A stretch of 64,000 nt of DNA, taken from contig NC_082712.1 of NCBI RefSeq assembly GCF_030144855.1, positions 72,416,001 to 72,480,000 of the forward strand, written 5' to 3'. The position numbers were made by a program, and so were the translations under genes. Below the pieces are notes generated by a model. The model did not search any database. It was not told where the DNA came from and worked only from the letters and a program-made list of their open reading frames with translations. This stretch comes from Hypanus sabinus (Eukaryota). Positions 62,560 through 64,000 of the stretch are shown piece after piece. Each line of letters opens with the position of its first letter. Positions within the stretch are counted from its first letter, which is position 1.

Positions 62560-63316
62560 TGTGACGAGATCTGAAGGATTATCCAGAGTTGACTGTTCCT
62601 TTAAAAAGAGAGAGAGAGAGAGCGAACAGCGTGTGTGCTATTTCAGCAATGGAGAGAGAGAGAAAGTCTGTGAGTTGCCTTGGAAACTGAAAGGCGGAAC
62701 TTTATGATGGACAGCTGGTGTTCAGCACTTGTGGGATATATACAAGGTCAGCTGGCTTTGTAATCAGACACACGACACGCCAGGCACAAGGAAGACACTG
62801 ACACTGGTTGAGCTTTATGTGCCCACGACAAAGGCGGGGTTTTTGCTCACAGTGTGGACAAACGAGGGACCGGTGGGGAGATATCGGTGTGTTTAACCCT
62901 GGCCTGGGTTGATAACTCCACCACAGAAGACGGTCTCCTTTTTCTGGTCATAGTCAGTGACTTTAATAAGTTTTGGGAGCAGGAGGATGACTTGGAAGAT
63001 TCGATGGCATCAGCACTAGATGGACAAAACAACCCCCTCTCCCTCTCTCTCTCCAACTCTATTCAGTTCAAATTCCAGAACTGAACTGACTTCTTACCAT
63101 ACCACCATAAGACTGCATCATCTAATCACCTGAGCTGGGAGAAGCTGGGGAACTTTATTTACTTACTTATATATGCATATACTTTGCTAACTTGTTTGCC
63201 TTATCTTGTTTTATATTACTTTATCACGTAGTTACGAATGAAGCAGTGTTCATAGCGGAAGACTCAGACTCCAGGTGTGTCCATTTGTGCTAGTGCTTTT
63301 TAACCCAGTTGTACCA
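62560..63316 (+). mobile_element. Probable Gypsy-type solo LTR
   Basis: Begins TGTGACG and ends ...GTACCA. Flanks TCAC/TCAG (3/4 match). (GA)n tracts and a TATATA-like box near 62740. Confidence 0.55.
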
Positions 63317-64000
63317 TCAGCTTTAAAACAATGGATGGAAATGTATTAGATGTTTACATGCTAATTAATATCATCAACTGAGGTATTCAATGACATAAAA
63401 CATGCAAATTAAGATCACATGCTTTATCTGAATCCAGTTTGAATTAATGTTGAACACACTTTAAATCTGTGATGTAAATTTTCCATCTCATTTTGGATAT
63501 CAGCTATTAGGCAATTTAGTATTTAAAACCATACCACATATACCACATAATCAAAATCTAACTAAGAGCATTCGTCAATGAGTTTGCAGTGCTGGTATTG
63601 ATCTTTTCATTTACACATGAAAAATAGGGCAATAACTGTGACCACAGTATAAATGAAGACACAAGCTTGAATAAACTGTCAAAGAAAATTAAACCAACCC
63701 CAAAAGGAACTTTCATTTTCAGGTACCTCCCACCCACTGTAGATAGGTGATCTAAATATTTCAGTGGGACACAAATGGTTATCAGACTGGAAACATGGAT
63801 TAAAAATCAAAAAAAAAACTTGATATACTGGAAATTGGGATTTAGCATCAATTTCAATTCCAGGGAACTACTTTCATTGTTTGTGTCAGAACTGGTTAAG
63901 CCTGTATTGGCAATATTTTTTCTCTCTGTTTGTTGCTGACTGATTTGCTGGAAATTTCTAGAATTCTCCTTTTGATTTCATCTCTCTCCACAGATCTGAC

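Overview
Vertebrate genomic DNA, most likely from a cartilaginous fish (ray/skate-type), inferred from HE1-like V-SINEs, DeuSINEs and CR1, Rex/Babar and Penelope families typical of elasmobranchs. One host gene is visible: the last two coding exons of an alpha7-subfamily nicotinic acetylcholine receptor subunit on the + strand (23380-23489 and 49852-50373, separated by a 26.4 kb intron). It best resembles alpha8 (CHRNA8). Earlier exons were not found by eye and presumably lie upstream of the window. Much of the rest is nested transposable elements: a young, near full-length CR1 (42720-46606, minus), three long Rex1/Babar copies, an L1 with a twin-priming 5' inversion and 19-bp TSD, Penelope fragments and short palindromic Penelope-end elements with decayed hammerhead cores, a hAT-Charlie/Buster relic, an internally deleted PIF/Harbinger, a Tigger-like MITE, several solo LTRs, a class III (ERV-L-like) retrovirus relic and an RTE/BovB-tailed short retroposon with an 11-bp TSD. 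A processed RBM25 pseudogene lies in the last intron. I see no convincing complete novel multi-gene system. The best leads are the palindromic hammerhead-type elements, the ERV-L-like relic, the RTE-tailed retroposon and the RBM25 retrocopy. All family assignments come from motifs recalled by eye, not from database searches, and boundaries of old repeats are approximate.
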